Origin: Eledone cirrhosa
Taxonomy: Eukaryota
Assembly: GCA_964016885.1 (NCBI GenBank)
Contig: OZ024741.1
Span: 352,656,001-352,720,000, forward strand
Direction of reading: 5' to 3'
DNA: 64,000 nt
In this document: positions 12,391 to 26,079 of the stretch, one piece after another
How the letters are laid out: each line of letters opens with the position of its first letter
Numbering within the stretch: the stretch's first letter is position 1
Notes under the pieces: generated by a model
Told to the model about the DNA's origin: nothing
Databases searched by the model: none
The model's input: the letters and a program-made list of their open reading frames with translations, nothing else
Position numbers and translations under genes: made by a program

Positions 12391-13293
12391 AACACCTACA
12401 CACAGTATGTACGTGGATGGAGACATGTTTGAGTGCTACATAAGTAATTTGCTTTACATTCATGAGGTTCTGGGTTCAATCCCACCGTGTGGCACCTTTA
12501 CTGTAGTATTGGGTCGACACAAGCCTATGACTTAAATTGGGCAGATGGGAATTGTGGAAGTGGATCAGATATGGACTCTATTTGTAATTCAAAGGTTCAA
12601 CTTTCTTATATAGAGGCATGCTGATTTTGTCTAAGAATTCTGTTATGGGTACACGTATCTGTGGAATACTCAGCCACTTACACAATGGGCAAGATGTTCA
12701 AACAGCTGAGTGCTCAGCATCTAAACATATCATTATTATCATCATCATTTTACACCCACTTCCCATGCTAGCATCAGTTGGATGAGTTGTTATGAACTGA
12801 GACCAGATGGGTTGGAGTGACCCCTCTTGCTTGTTGTTTTCTATATTTGGCATGGTTTCTATGACTGGATGCCTTTTCTAAAGATAACCCACCTTACAGG
12901 TAGACTGGGTATTTTTTTCATGACACGAACACCACTACTTTACAGAGTGAACTGTGGGCGTATTATCATGTCAGCACCAGCACCTGAGAGGTTGTTGTAT
13001 TCTATATCAGACTGAAGAGTCCGTTCAAACAAACCCTACACTGTCTCTGTTTGATTACCAAACACTGTAGTGTCTTCTCTCTCAACATGTTTACTTTTAG
13101 TGTTGCAGTGGTGGATGAGTCTCTTGTATTATGGCATATTACCAGTCAGATCAGTTTCTTGTACTGTAACGTATGGCTGTGTTGTCTTCTTCATGTCCTC
13201 TCCATCATGTATGTGAATGTATGTAGAGCATATGGAGTGATGCAGAACATTGAACAGTATATGCAAGTTTTTGTGTTATCATATATTTTTTGT

Positions 13294-13329
<36 letters not shown>

Positions 13330-13332
<3 letters not shown>

Positions 13333-13650
13333 CGTGTGGCTGAGTGGTTAGAGAATTGGATTCGCAATTGTGAGGTTGTAATTTTTATTGCCAGACCAGG
13401 TGATATCTTATGTTCTTGTCGTGTAGGAGTCATGACAAAAAAGCACCCAGTCCATACTGTAAAGTGGTTGTGTAGGCGCCATGGTAAAAAACATTCACTG
13501 TAAATGAGGTTGGTGTTAGGAAGGGCACCCAGCTGTAGAATCAGTTCTGTATGAGCAAGACATGGTCATCTGACCTGGCATTGCCCACAACAGGACAACT
13601 TGTCTAACCCATGCAAGCATGGAAGAATGGATGCAAAACGGTGATGATAT
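13330..13650 (+). mobile_element. Family A-related SINE
   Basis: tRNA-like head gcgtgtggctgagtggttagag, body gtgttaggaagggca, RTE-like tail. Confidence 0.8.
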
Positions 13651-13687
13651 ATATATTTATGTGTTTGTGTGTGTGTATGTGTGTGTG

Positions 13688-13733
<46 letters not shown>

Positions 13734-14624
13734 TGCTTGATGGTGTGTCTTCTGTGCATTGGTGCATGTTTGCATATGTGTGTGTGTCTATGATTGGTTG
13801 TTTGTTAGTATGTCCGTGATTGGTTGTTTGTTGGTATGTCCGTGTGTTTATTTATGTAATATGTTAATGTAAGTGTCTATGCATTTGTGTGCGTGTGTGT
13901 ACCTGTGTATGTATGTGTGTGTTAATGTGCATGTATGTGTATAAGTGTATGTGTGTGTATTCAAATAATCAACCATGTCAGCTGACATAAGAAAATAAAT
14001 CACACTTCTTTAGAAACTGGTTTTACTATATTTAATTAGTTCTCATGTTTCACATGGTTAACCACACGCATACACATACACATACACACATACACACATA
14101 CACATACACACACACACATACGCACTCACATACGCACTAACACACAGACATACACACTCACACAGAGGTTTATTAGTACTCAAAATAATGCTTATGTACG
14201 TAGATACATATACAGAGATAGATAATGTGTGTGTGTGTCATAGAGAGAGAGACAGACGTGTCTATGTGTGTGAATAAATGAATATGCGTGGTATTTCTGT
14301 GACTATGTATGTATACATATACCTATGTGTAGTTATAGATGAAAAGTTACATGTACATTAGTATGTATGAATGGGAGTCACTTTCTCTCTATATATAGAG
14401 GTGTATAGGAAGACTATTATAAACATATATATTACATTTATATACAATAAACATATGGGCAGCTTTGCTGGCAAAAAGAAATATTTTTTCATAATGAAAT
14501 GAAATTAAAAAAAAAAAATTCTGTTTCTCTATTTTCCTCTATGAATATATCATAAAGTTGCCAGTATATTCTGAGAATGTAAGTCAACAGTGTTTCAAGA
14601 TTTGTTAATCTTTTATTAGTGACA

Positions 14625-16030
14625 ATCATTCAGAAGATACTGGCATGAAATAGGCCAATAGGCAAGGACTGGGTGTAACAAAAATGGAATGGTGGTGAGA
14701 GGAAGAATGAGGAGAGATCTGATTTTACAGGAAGTGAACAAATAAAGAAGATTCTAGAAGACTCCAGAAGGCAGTTCAGCAGAGTCAACAAAACCAATGG
14801 ATGACGTGGGAAAATGCACTCCAGAAGTGACTCAGTTGGAATGACTTGTAGCATATGGCACCTCCCAGAATCAGTTTTCTCTTCAGATCTGCCTATGATC
14901 TCCTGCCCTTGAATACACATTTAGTCAAGTGGGGCAAATCAGATAGCTCCGAGTGCCCACACTGCCAGGCTAGACAGCCAGTGGAACACATTCTGAGCTC
15001 ATGCAGAGTAGCACTACCCCAGGGTAGATACACGTGGAGACACAATCAAGTGCTGAAGGAGATTGTACATGTGATAAGAATGGCAAAAAGTAAAACCCGT
15101 AGTATGAGAATCTCCAACAACATTCTATACAGCAAGAAGTAGCAAATCATGGCCAGGAACAGCTATGTCATAGAGGGCACGGAGATTGAGTCTTTTGAGT
15201 GGTGTGGGTGACTGGGAGTGTACAGCAGACCTTCCAGGATCAACAACCAGAAATCATGAGAAAGTGATTTGAGGCCAGATATTGTACTGCATTCCAGTTC
15301 ATCAAAACAGCTGATTTCGATTGAACCATGCCATTTAAAAGTAGATTAGAAGCACGACACATATCCAAGAGAGAAAAATACACCAGTTTGGCCAACAGCA
15401 TGAGGGAAGCCAACTTCCGAGTCAAAGTCCTTGCCATAGAGGCTGGAGCCAGAGGCTTTGTGGGCCGTGGGCCATTCTACCTACAATCTCATGAAACAAC
15501 TTTGTCTCTGAGAAGACAAGGACCAAAGCCCTCAAGACAATATCAGAAGCAGCGGAAAGGAGTTCCAGCTGGATCTGGTTGATGAGGAACAAAAACGACC
15601 TTCATATCATGTGAGAGGCATCATCTTTGTATTTTAGCATATGCTAAGGGAAGTAACTTCGAGTGAGTCGTGGTTTGTAGTGTTGGTGGTGCCGCCGGTG
15701 ATACTGTTGATATCTCACCGCTACGATGACTACCAATGTTATTTTTCCAATTCAAGAAAGCGTTTAAATATAAGTTTGAAACCCAAGGCAACGGAGAGGA
15801 GTTCCAGTCAAATCCTGTCAACAAAATCTCCATTCAGTTTAAATACATAGCAAGTCTCCAATATTGGAATGGCTAAATGTTGGCAGAAGGGCACCCAGGA
15901 GTCATGACCTGTATGTAGCCCAGCCTCCTTAGAGTGTAAGAATTTAAATGCTGAAACACTCGCGTAAGGGTTTTTTTTTCTCTGAAGACCTGCTGTCCAG
16001 CTCTCCTGATAGTTTCTTACCCTTAGTCTA
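14625..16030 (+). mobile_element. R2-group (HERO-like) RLE non-LTR retrotransposon, 5'-truncated and frameshifted
   Basis: RISFLFRSAYDLLP, CCHC knuckle CPHC..EHILSSC, GRYTWRHNQVL, RPDIVL, KREKYTSL and IEAGARGF are restriction-like endonuclease motifs. A 3'UTR-like piece recurs at 43245-43345. Confidence 0.85.
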
Positions 16031-16640
16031 TAAAGAACTTTGCATGATGATTACTTGCTGGAGATGCTCATTTGCATAAAGCAAATAGAAAAACATTGGC
16101 TGGAAGTGGTCATTTGCATATAGTGTGCAAAGCTTGGCTGGTTATATTTGATTGGTAGTAGCACTAAAATAGCGTTTAAGTATAATAGAGGTGTATATGA
16201 AGACAAATATAAACATATATAATAAGTTTTTATACAATAAGCATATGGGTGGCCTCGCTGTTGAAGGAAAATATTTTTTTGTAATGAAATGAAACAGAAA
16301 AATATTATTTTTCTCTCTCTCTATTTTCCTCTATGAATATATCATAGAGTTGCTAGTATATTCTGAGAATATCAAACAATGCCTTTAGTCACTTCTTATG
16401 CAGGAATGTACCTGTTCTAAACCAGATACACATGTTTGTATATATGGGAACAACTTTTCTTTTAGACATGTATTATTAAAGACATGTAACTTATAAAAAG
16501 TATTTAAAAAAAAATTTCTTAAGTCCTTTGCAGTTCATTTAAAACAGTAAAGTTCTAATATCCATAATTAACGTTTTTAGACTTTCATAGTCTTATCATC
16601 AGGTTGTGAAGTGCTGTTTTACTGCCTCTTTTATTGTAGA

Positions 16641-16957
16641 CTAGCAGAATGGCCTGCGTTGCTTGGGATTTGCTCTAGGGTTCTTATATATTTAATATAT
16701 ATTTATCCTTATCGAGCCTCGTGAAATAAATACGTTTGTTTATATTTTGTTATTGTGTATGCAAAAATATCTGTACACGAATATATAATTATATATATAT
16801 ATATTAAAATAACAGATTAAAGTTTAAGCAAAGAATCGCTGCTTTCACCCTTAACGGGATCTTCTGAAACTAAAAAAATCAATCTGTGAGCGCAGAAGTA
16901 AATATTTCGAAAAACGTTACACACTGTATATATATATATACACACACACTATATATA

Positions 16958-16989
<32 letters not shown>

Positions 16990-17268
16990 GCTACGTCATA
17001 ATGTCGTAATACAGACAGATATTATAAGGGCGCGACGTTATATCTATGTATCTATCTAAAAAGAGAAAGACTAAGAGTTATAGAGAGAGATCGCTAAATC
17101 GCATAATGAGGTCCGTAGGGTATTGAAAATTTGAAATTTTTTTTCTCAAAACACTCACAGGACCATAAGTATTACATGTGTAAAGTTTAAAAACAATCGG
17201 TTGGGTGGTTCTCAAGTTTTAGTGATCGGACAGACACAGACAGATATTCTCTGTTTTAGATATATAGA
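16641..17268 (-). mobile_element. Probable non-autonomous Helitron (Lep1-like architecture)
   Basis: The minus strand starts TC(tatatatct..tctgtctgtgtctgtcc) and ends with a GC-rich imperfect hairpin, then CTAG followed by T. Contains internal microsatellites. Confidence 0.55.
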
Positions 17269-17585
17269 CAAATGTAATTTACAAAAACTTAATCACCAGA
17301 ATTTGTGTTGGCTTTATGACCAGAATTTAAAATTTGAGGTTTTATTGTTAGCTATTTGTCATCAGTCACATGATTATTTTGTTTATGATGTATGTTGTTT
17401 GTTTGTTTATTTTAGCATTGTATTGCGATATGAGTACAGTTTCCATAATTAATTGTTAATTTTCTGTGGGGAATTTTGTATAATATGGATGTATTGGCTG
17501 TCGTATTTTCCTATCCAATTTTGTTTTGTGATATATGGTGTTGTGTTTTGCAATTATGTCCTGTAAAGCATATGTCCTCTAAAGC

Positions 17586-18180
17586 ATAAATGAATTGAGA
17601 GAGAGACTGAGCATAAGAGGAATCAAATGCTGTGTGCAGGAGAGGCGGTTGCGCTGGTATGGACATGTGATGCGTATGAAGGATGACAGCTGCATAAAAA
17701 GGTGCAGAGCACTAGAAGTTGATGGAAACCGCGGAGTGGGGAGACCCAAGATGACCTGGGATGAGGTGATAAAAGCCGACCTTACCCAATTACACCTTTC
17801 AAAGACATTGACACACGACCGTGACTTCTGGTGTCACAGTAATACAGAGTTCCCGACCTCCCATGAGTACAAGCTGAAGCATATAGACAATATGCCCCCA
17901 CACCCCCCACCGCAAGGTGGTCGTGGAGGTGCCACGGCAAAAAAGCACCCAGCACACACTGTAAAGTGGACGTGTAGGTGCCACGAAAAAGCACCCAGCA
18001 CTCACTGTAAATGAGGTTGGTGTTAGGAAGGGCATCCAGCTGTAGAAATCAAGCCAGATCAGTTCCTGTATGAGCAAGGCATGGTCAGCCAACCAGACAC
18101 TGCACACAACAGGACAACCCGTCTAACCCATGCTAGCGTGGAAGAACGGACGTAAAACGGTGATGATGATGATGATGATG
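17586..18180 (+). mobile_element. RTE LINE 3' fragment with long 3'UTR
   Basis: RLSIRGIKCCVQERRLRWYGHVMRM..GRPKMTWDE. The 3'UTR is shared with the family A SINE body. (GAT)n tail. Confidence 0.9.
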
Positions 18181-20804
18181 AAATGCATTCATTATAAATC
18201 TATGAGAGAGTGCTGAACTTGTATGGGCAATGAAACAGTTGGTCAACTTTCATTTTTTCAATTAATATATCACATTGGTCATTTGTTGCTAATAAGGAGG
18301 TTTTTGATTTTTGAGTTTTTGAAGTATATTATTAGTGTTAATTTATGGTTTAGTGAGATATCTTTTGTATTACATTTTGAGGAAATTTTGATATGCTTGC
18401 CACTCCACCACACACAAGGTGTGCTGAAGCAATTATGGCCTCATACATAACTGACTTGATTTTATGTATCTTATTTAATGAGCATTCTTCCTTCTTTTTG
18501 CATCAACATCTTGGGTTTTCTTGCTATTTAGATTTAGCTGTTATAAAGGGTTTCATGTTAAGAGCACAAGAGTAGCTGATTTTAATGTAATGTCTACTCA
18601 AGATTTTTATTATGTCAGTAATGTGGTAGAAAATGCATTTCTACTAGATCTAGTTATCTCTTAACCATGTTAGTTTTAATACTTAATAAGAAATGGGGAT
18701 CTAGATCACACGCACACAGGCGCACGCGCGCGTGCACATGCACATGCACACACGCACACTCGCACTCTGCACTACACATAAATTGATAGCACCATGTCAG
18801 CATGAGAAACTATGCTTGTTGGTTGTATATATTTATAGCATGGCTCAACTCCTGTCAGCATAGAAAATAGTGCTGATTGGTTATATAAATTCAGTTTATA
18901 TTAGCAGGGGAAAATTCATTTCAGAAAATGGTAAATTGAAATGATACTGTTGAACTTCTGAGAGGTCTTTTGTCTATGAGTCATGGAAGAAAAACCCATT
19001 TCTTTTGTGTGTAAAATAGATTTGGCATTTCCATTTACTTAAGTAATTCATTCAAAATTTAGATGTGACATTTCTTATTTTAATTGCAGAGGAACAAGAT
19101 CAAATTTTAGCAAGTTTATGCAAGCTTCATGTTGATAATAATAATCATTGTCGTTTTAATGCTCGCTTTTCCTGCTATGAAGGGTTGGGCGGATATACAT
19201 AGATCAAGTCAGTACTGAAGCGGGGCTACTGATCTCTCAGACAGGTCAGGGATTTGCATCTCACTTATGTATGGTCTAATGTTCTATTGAGTGCACAGGA
19301 CAGGTTGTCATGTCTTTGACACAACTGAGGGCCCTCCCAACCCTTTGTTTGGTAAGCTTTCTATGGCTGGATGCCCTTCCTATCACCAATCTCTTTGCAG
19401 CATGTACTGGGTGTGTTTATTGTGTAGATTACCAAACACTAGGGAGGCTGTCATGTCCTTGACACAACTGAAGGGTCCTGCCAGCCCTTTATTTGACAAG
19501 CTTTCTCATTACCCATCACTTCACAATGATGCAGTGGTTAGGAATGCGTGTGTGGGGGTAATGGTGGCGGCTGCATTACTGGTACTTTATTTTATCGACC
19601 CTGTAAGAATGAAAGGCAAAGTTAACCGTGGCAAGATTTGAACTCGGAACTGAAACAAATGCTGCAAAGCATTTTTGTCTGACAATCTAATGTTTCATTT
19701 CATTTATTTGTTGATAAATTACATTTTTGTTTAATGCTATTTTAATCCTGATCAAGTAGACCTACAAACAAAGGCATTCCAGCAATGAACATCCTGACTT
19801 TTGTTTTGTTTTGATGTCTATGGTTATATTATTTAATGTGGTTTTCCGCTTTTTTAAAGATGGATGGGTGTGATTTAAGTGAGATTTGGTTGTTCTTTCT
19901 AGTAAATCAAGTGATCGTGTAGAGGCTTCCTAGGTTTTTCAATTTGCTAATTAATTAATATTTAGTGAAGGGAAATGAGAATGTAATACTCATTACCTGT
20001 TTTGTTGATGTTATTGTTATTTGGCTCCAAGATGACCCTGGATGAGCAGGCCCATGAACAAAATGGTTCCATGCATAACTGTCTATTTCATTTTTTTTTT
20101 TATTCTACTCCTTCAGACTTCACTATTTAATAGCTTTAGTTAAGCTATATAAATAATGAAGTTAACAAACCAGGATTTGTTAGATTATTATTTAATGAAG
20201 AATAAACATTGTGAAATGTCAGGAAAACTATCTCTGAAGTGAAGATTGTATTATAATGCATTATGGGAATTTCTCTTCTGCACAGTTAAATATTAAGTCT
20301 GTAGTGAATGGACACACAAAGAATGAACTGTAATTGCATATTCTCCAAATTAAGTTTGCAGGAAATACTCTACACCTTTCTTTTTAAAGTAATATTTGGT
20401 ATGTGTTTTGAAGGATATTTGGCAGCTACTTCAAGCAGGTTGATTGAGTATCTACATAAAGCAGTGGTTCCTAAACAGTTTTTACTCACGGTGCACTTTA
20501 GAACAAGTAAACATATTTTAGCACATTTTGTACTTAAATTTGAAAATTTACCTAAAAGAGTTATTTAAACATATTAGCAAAGCATAAAGTAGAAATATAG
20601 ATAATTAAAAATACAGAAAATGATTTGTTTTCCCTTTAGTCAACAAAGTTATCGATGGGAAACATGCGTTTGGTGATTTTTGGCGATGTTTTCATTCTTA
20701 GTTTAGTTATTTCCTATTTTGACAGTTAGATGTGAACTTATTAATTTCAATTTGTATTTTACACATTTTGAGATAGAAACTTGCTCTTTTTCAACAATGC
20801 AATG

Positions 20805-20931
20805 AAATTTTGATATTATTTATTTTGAGAACAATACCTTACCATCAGTATGTGTGGCCAGTTACAGCTGGTTTGAACAGAAAGAGGTGAGAGAATTCTG
20901 GCCAGATACAGCCAGTTTAAATGCTAAAGTG
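20805..20931. mobile_element. piggyBac-like TTAA MITE (partial)
   Basis: Ends gtttaaatgctaaagtg-TTAA. Body matches the other family copies. Confidence 0.7.
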
Positions 20932-21289
20932 TTAAACACAGAGAGGTGGAACAAATACTCCAAAGCATTCTATCTGACATTCTAACACCTCTGTGAATAT
21001 GTACCCTGTGGAGAAAATGGTGAAAAAATTGTGGAGAATAGCCAGTGACACTCACTGCATCAGCCACATCAGCCACTACACCTCACGGGGCCCTTCCTTA
21101 GGTAGGATGCACTCCTCCTGATTTTGTAGATGAAAAAAAAGCAATCTGGGAACCGAGGACATCGGAAGTCTCAACAATGACCGACATAAAAATGTAAGTA
21201 GTCAGTCAAATCCTGGTATTTGAATATCTTAATTATGAATGGAAACTAGGTCATAAATCAGTTTTTATATTACAACATTGATTGACCAC

Positions 21290-21915
21290 ATGATGATAGC
21301 AGTGGTGGTGATGGTGTTGATGATGATAATGATGGTAGTTGGGATGATGATGGCAGTGATGATGTTGGTGATGATGATGATGGTACTGGGGATGATGGTG
21401 ATGGTAGTAGGGATGATAATGATGGTAGTGATAGTGATGAATTTTGGATGATAGTGATGGCAGCAATGATGATGAAGATGGTGGTGATATTGATGGAGTT
21501 GAGAATGTTCCTGTATCTTTTATAACATCATGTTTGTATCATTATTGGTTTATTGTTAATCAGCTAATGTCACCATAACAACTGTGGCTATGATGTGTAT
21601 TAACAATGAAGCTTCCATAACTGTGTGAGAGTAGGACAGACATGACAGTGGGGTGGAGTAGACTAATGGATTGGTAGGTCGTGGTGGTAGGACAGTCAGG
21701 ACTGAGGTGTGGAGAAGGAAGTGATATCCGATCAGTACTATCAGTCTGTTGCACATACTGCCTTGCTACCTCACCACCATAACCACTATGACAGCGGCCA
21801 CCATCACTACCATCACAACTACTATCACCACTGTCAACACCACCGCTACAATTGTCACCATTTCCCTAACTACCCCTATCACAACTGTCACAACCATTAC
21901 CACCACCACCACCAT
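21290..21915. repeat. Two degenerate trinucleotide tracts, (GAT/GGT)n at 21290-21495 and (CAC/CAT)n at 21770-21915
   Basis: Directly visible. These tracts produce the His/Thr-rich spurious ORFs. Confidence 0.85.
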
Positions 21916-22467
21916 GAATACACACTGCTAATCTGCATGTGTAAGTTTAATGGGGTTGGTTATGTACATAAATTTGTGCTTATAATCGATTCATATAGAT
22001 AATCCACTCAATTTTTTTCAAATATGCATACCAAAAACAAAATAAACAAATTCTACATCCTTATTTGAACAGCATTCAGCTACATCCTGTGGATAGGATG
22101 GTAATAACATTACCATGGAAAATAGTCAGCAATATCTGCTACATGAGCCATTCCACCTCATGGAGCCCCTATATCATTTACAATTCCCTCAGCCCATATT
22201 TTATATCATAAAATGCCTACTATATTTGTATCACTGTAAGAAATCATTGAAAGCTGGAAAATTAGGCAATGTGAAAACTTTAACTCTTTTGATATCAACT
22301 TGCCCCAAGCCACCACTGGTTTTAATGAACCCAAAACACCCATTTTAAAGGGTTTCTATTCAAATTGAAATTTTTCAATATAATTTTATATAAGAACCAT
22401 ATATTAAGTTACTATTAATAATTGTTGCAAATCTCTCAAAATTCTTTATTAATTAATTGAAACAGAG

Positions 22468-22790
22468 TGTAGCTTGGAGATCAGACAGTCACTCCAGGTA
22501 GAGTCGTTACTTCTCCGAATTGAGAGATCACAGCTCCGATACTATGAACATGTGGTTAGAATGTCTCAGGAAAGAATCGCTGGATGAATTTTATGGGTAA
22601 AACCAACCAGCAGGAGACTGAGGGGTACACCCCGAGTAAGATGGTTGGATAACATCCATGAGCTTGGCTGGTCTCGCTTAGGGATCCAGCCGGATCATTT
22701 GGAGGTGGTTGCTTCTGACAGCACCTGCTGGAAGAAGTATTTGAGGACTTTGTCTTCATGACCCTCTCAGGAATAAGTGGGCGAAGAAGA
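22468..22790 (+). mobile_element. RTE-like LINE 3' fragment
   Basis: Reverse complement of 11094-11615 with a single copy of the array unit. Ends gggcgaagaaga. Confidence 0.75.
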
Positions 22791-25055
22791 GTGTATTTTA
22801 TTAGAAGCATAGTTATGAAAAGTTAAAGAAATACTTATTTGATCACTACCCGTTGTCAATGGACATATGAGATCTTTATCAAGTTTATCAAGCATTGAAG
22901 TGGCAGACTTGTTAGAGCATCACACAAAATCACGTTGCTGTATTTAGTTTGGTTCTTTGCTTTCAACATTACCTTACATCCTTTTTGGGGGTCGATAAAA
23001 TTAAGTACCAATCTAAAGTGGCAGATTGATGGAAGTGTTAGAGAATTGGATGAGATGCCTTGTGGTATTTGTTTTGACTCTTTGTGTTCTGAGTTCAAAT
23101 CCAGCTGTAGCCTACGTTGATGGAAGTCTTAATCCACTGCCTGGTTTAACACCACTCCAAAAAGATGGAATGCAAACTTAACTTCAGTGGGATTTGAACT
23201 CAGAATGTAAAGGGTCAAAATTAAATTCTTCAAGGCATTGTGTCTGGTGTTCTACTTAACTCTTAATGCCCTTTATCATGTGAAATCACATTAGCAAGAC
23301 ATTCTTGCATCACATTTAAAATTAAAGTCTTTAGTCTTTGTTTACTGCAAATTTTCAGAGCGATCTGTCCTCTAATAAATATACTATAAACATTTGAATA
23401 AATAAACCCCATGAAACTGCTTTAGCAAGACATTCTTGAAAAGTACAAAGCATCACTATGACTGCATCACATTAAAAATTGAAGTCTCTATTTTTAGTTA
23501 ATTGCTAAACTTTACAGTGATTAAAAATACTATAAGCATTTTTACAGTGATTAAAAATACAATAAGCATTTGAGTAAACAAACCTACTTTTAGACATTTT
23601 CTGTTGATTATTTATAGGATGTTATGAGTTTAATAATATTGATGATTTTTAGCATTTGCATGAGGCCACAGAACATCAGAGGAGTACATTCTTTTTTTTC
23701 ACTCACTTGTCTCTCTTTTTTCATACCCCACTCTTTTATAAATGCACACACACACACAAAACTCACACATACATACACACACTATCACTGTAAAAGAATA
23801 ACACAGCAGCAGCAGCAACTACAAGATCAAATAGTTGTGAAACCAGCACTAGCAGAATAAGTTTCTCTGAGTTGTTGCTTCTAATCTTGCTGTGTCAATA
23901 ATTAATTCATAGCCACAGGTCTGGGCATGTATTATGGATGAGTAACCATTGAGATATTTACTTCTCAATCAATATTTAACTAATCAGTGGGACCATTAGA
24001 GAAGATGAAATGTTTGGAAGAGGTAGCTAAATGAAAAATTAATGACCTGTAACTGATCGAGTTACTGAGAGCACTCTTCTGTAGACTATTCCATATTCTA
24101 GATGGACTTTAAGAAGAAATAGTTTCTTTATTTATTATCTAATTAATCAATAAACAATTATAATCATTATCTTATGCCTGCTTTCTGTGTTGGCACGGGC
24201 AGGGTAGGTTGGAGGATCATATTTCGCTTATATGTATTATTTCATGCAATCATTTTGTATTTCTGTCTGAGTTCTTCAGGAAGGCATTGCTGTGATTTTT
24301 ATCAAGTTTGTACATTTATTATCAATTTTTTCAGGTTTAATTGATGAATATATATATTTTCAGTGATTTTCACGCAGATTCTCAGGTTGGGGATGTCACT
24401 CCAAACAGGGGTTTAGGGTGTAAAGAGTTATGACATTTTCCATATAAATAAAAAGTTATAGTGGTAAGAAACTTTCAGGAGCATTGGACAGCAGATCTTC
24501 AGATAAGAAACCTCCCCCAAGGGAGTGTTTCAGCCCTTAACTTCTAAGGCAGGCAAAATAAGTAAAAATCTCAAACCTTTTACAAGCCTTGATTCTATGA
24601 TACAAAACATTTTGTTTTAAAATGTTTATATTTGTCTAAAAATCTTCCATTAGAATTTTATGTAAGAACCTTTGCTAACCCTTTCATTATCATATTTCTA
24701 ATAAAAACAATGCTTATAGTTTTCAAATAATTTGAAAAACAAAAGAAATTAGGGGAATTTAGTATTTAGAATTAATTTTTTCATTGTTAAACAGGTGCTT
24801 AGAATATAACTTAACAAAATATTCTTAAATAACATTTTTTGAAAATATATGCATATTAATTCAAACTTTTCTGTATTGTAGAATCAGGTGGTTTGGTATC
24901 GAAATGGTTGAATTATGTTCCAAACACACTTAATAATAAGTTAGTTATTTTACCAAATCCCTCCAAATTCTTCATGATTAAAAAAAAAATAAAATAAAAA
25001 ATAAATAAATATCAATGGAAATCTTTATTTAACAAATTTAAATAAAATTATATAA

Positions 25056-25215
25056 TCTTCTTCTTCTCACCACTTATTCCCGAGAGGGTCGTGGGGGCAG
25101 AGTCCTCAAACGCTCCTTCCAGTGAGTCCTGTCAGAAGCAACCATCTCCAATTGATCTGGCTGGATCCCCAAGCGAGACCAGCCAAGCTCATAGATGTTA
25201 TCAACCATCTTGTTC
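25056..25215 (-). mobile_element. RTE-like LINE 3' fragment, same family
   Basis: Homologous to 22640-22790. Confidence 0.7.
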
Positions 25216-26000
25216 AGGGTCTATAATGTTTGTGATAAAAATATATAATAAAAGTATCAGAAATTGTAGAGGGAGTAGCAGACTACACCCCAGTCTAGAT
25301 GGTATATTTCAGCTGCACTCTGTGGATAGAGTGGTGAAAGTATTGCTGTGGAAAACAACCAGTGATACATGCTACATCAGCAACTCCACCTTATGGGGCT
25401 CCTTTCATAGGTTGTGTGTTTTCTTAGAAAAGGTTAAGGGATTCTTTGTAAAGAACATGAGTTTCCTGTGAGTCCATTATCTGAAACTCAGTTCTCATGA
25501 TCTTCTGTATTTTAACAGCTATTTTGTTGCTGTTCTCAATAGTATTGAGTATTGTGTTTATGTATGTGAGTATATGAGTATATAGTGTGCATTGTATGTG
25601 TGTGTGTGTGCTTGTAACTGAGCATGTATTGTGTGAGTGTATGTATGTGTGTGTGTGTACACTCAAATATTCTGTTTTTCCTCTCAAGTTATTTATATCA
25701 ACTATTATTAATCATAAATATATACACACATACATACGTTCACACATGCAAATAGTTTCTCTATCCTATATATATATATATATATATAAAATACATGATA
25801 TATACACACACACATGTGTGTGTGTGTGGGTGTATGTATATATATATAATCACACTCATGCTGTGAATTCTCATCTCACTGTCCACAACTTCTCTCTTTT
25901 TTTCTCTCATGCACCCTTACACACCCAATCTTTCCCCCAATCTCTGATTGTCTGTCTTTCTCTGTTTCTCCCAGTATTTTTCTAGTACTCTCTCTCTCTG

Positions 26001-26079
<79 letters not shown>

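Noticed and set aside
15950-15995. GAAAC...CTGAAGA motif (also 43265-43305) as a type II hammerhead
   Set aside because: I could not build helix I or a proper UH cleavage site by eye, so it is treated as HERO 3'UTR. An Infernal search would settle it.
18860-19120. ATTGG + TATATAAA promoter-like motif and a ttgcAG acceptor at ~19089
   Set aside because: Such motifs are expected by chance in AT-rich DNA. There is no matching strong donor or CH-like peptide.
20462-21160. hAT-like terminus CAGTGGTTCCTAAAC with a possible partner tctgggaacc
   Set aside because: The right TIR is too degenerate and no 8-bp TSD was found.
21251-22002. His-rich and Thr-rich ORFs
   Set aside because: They are products of degenerate trinucleotide repeats, with no splice or homology support.
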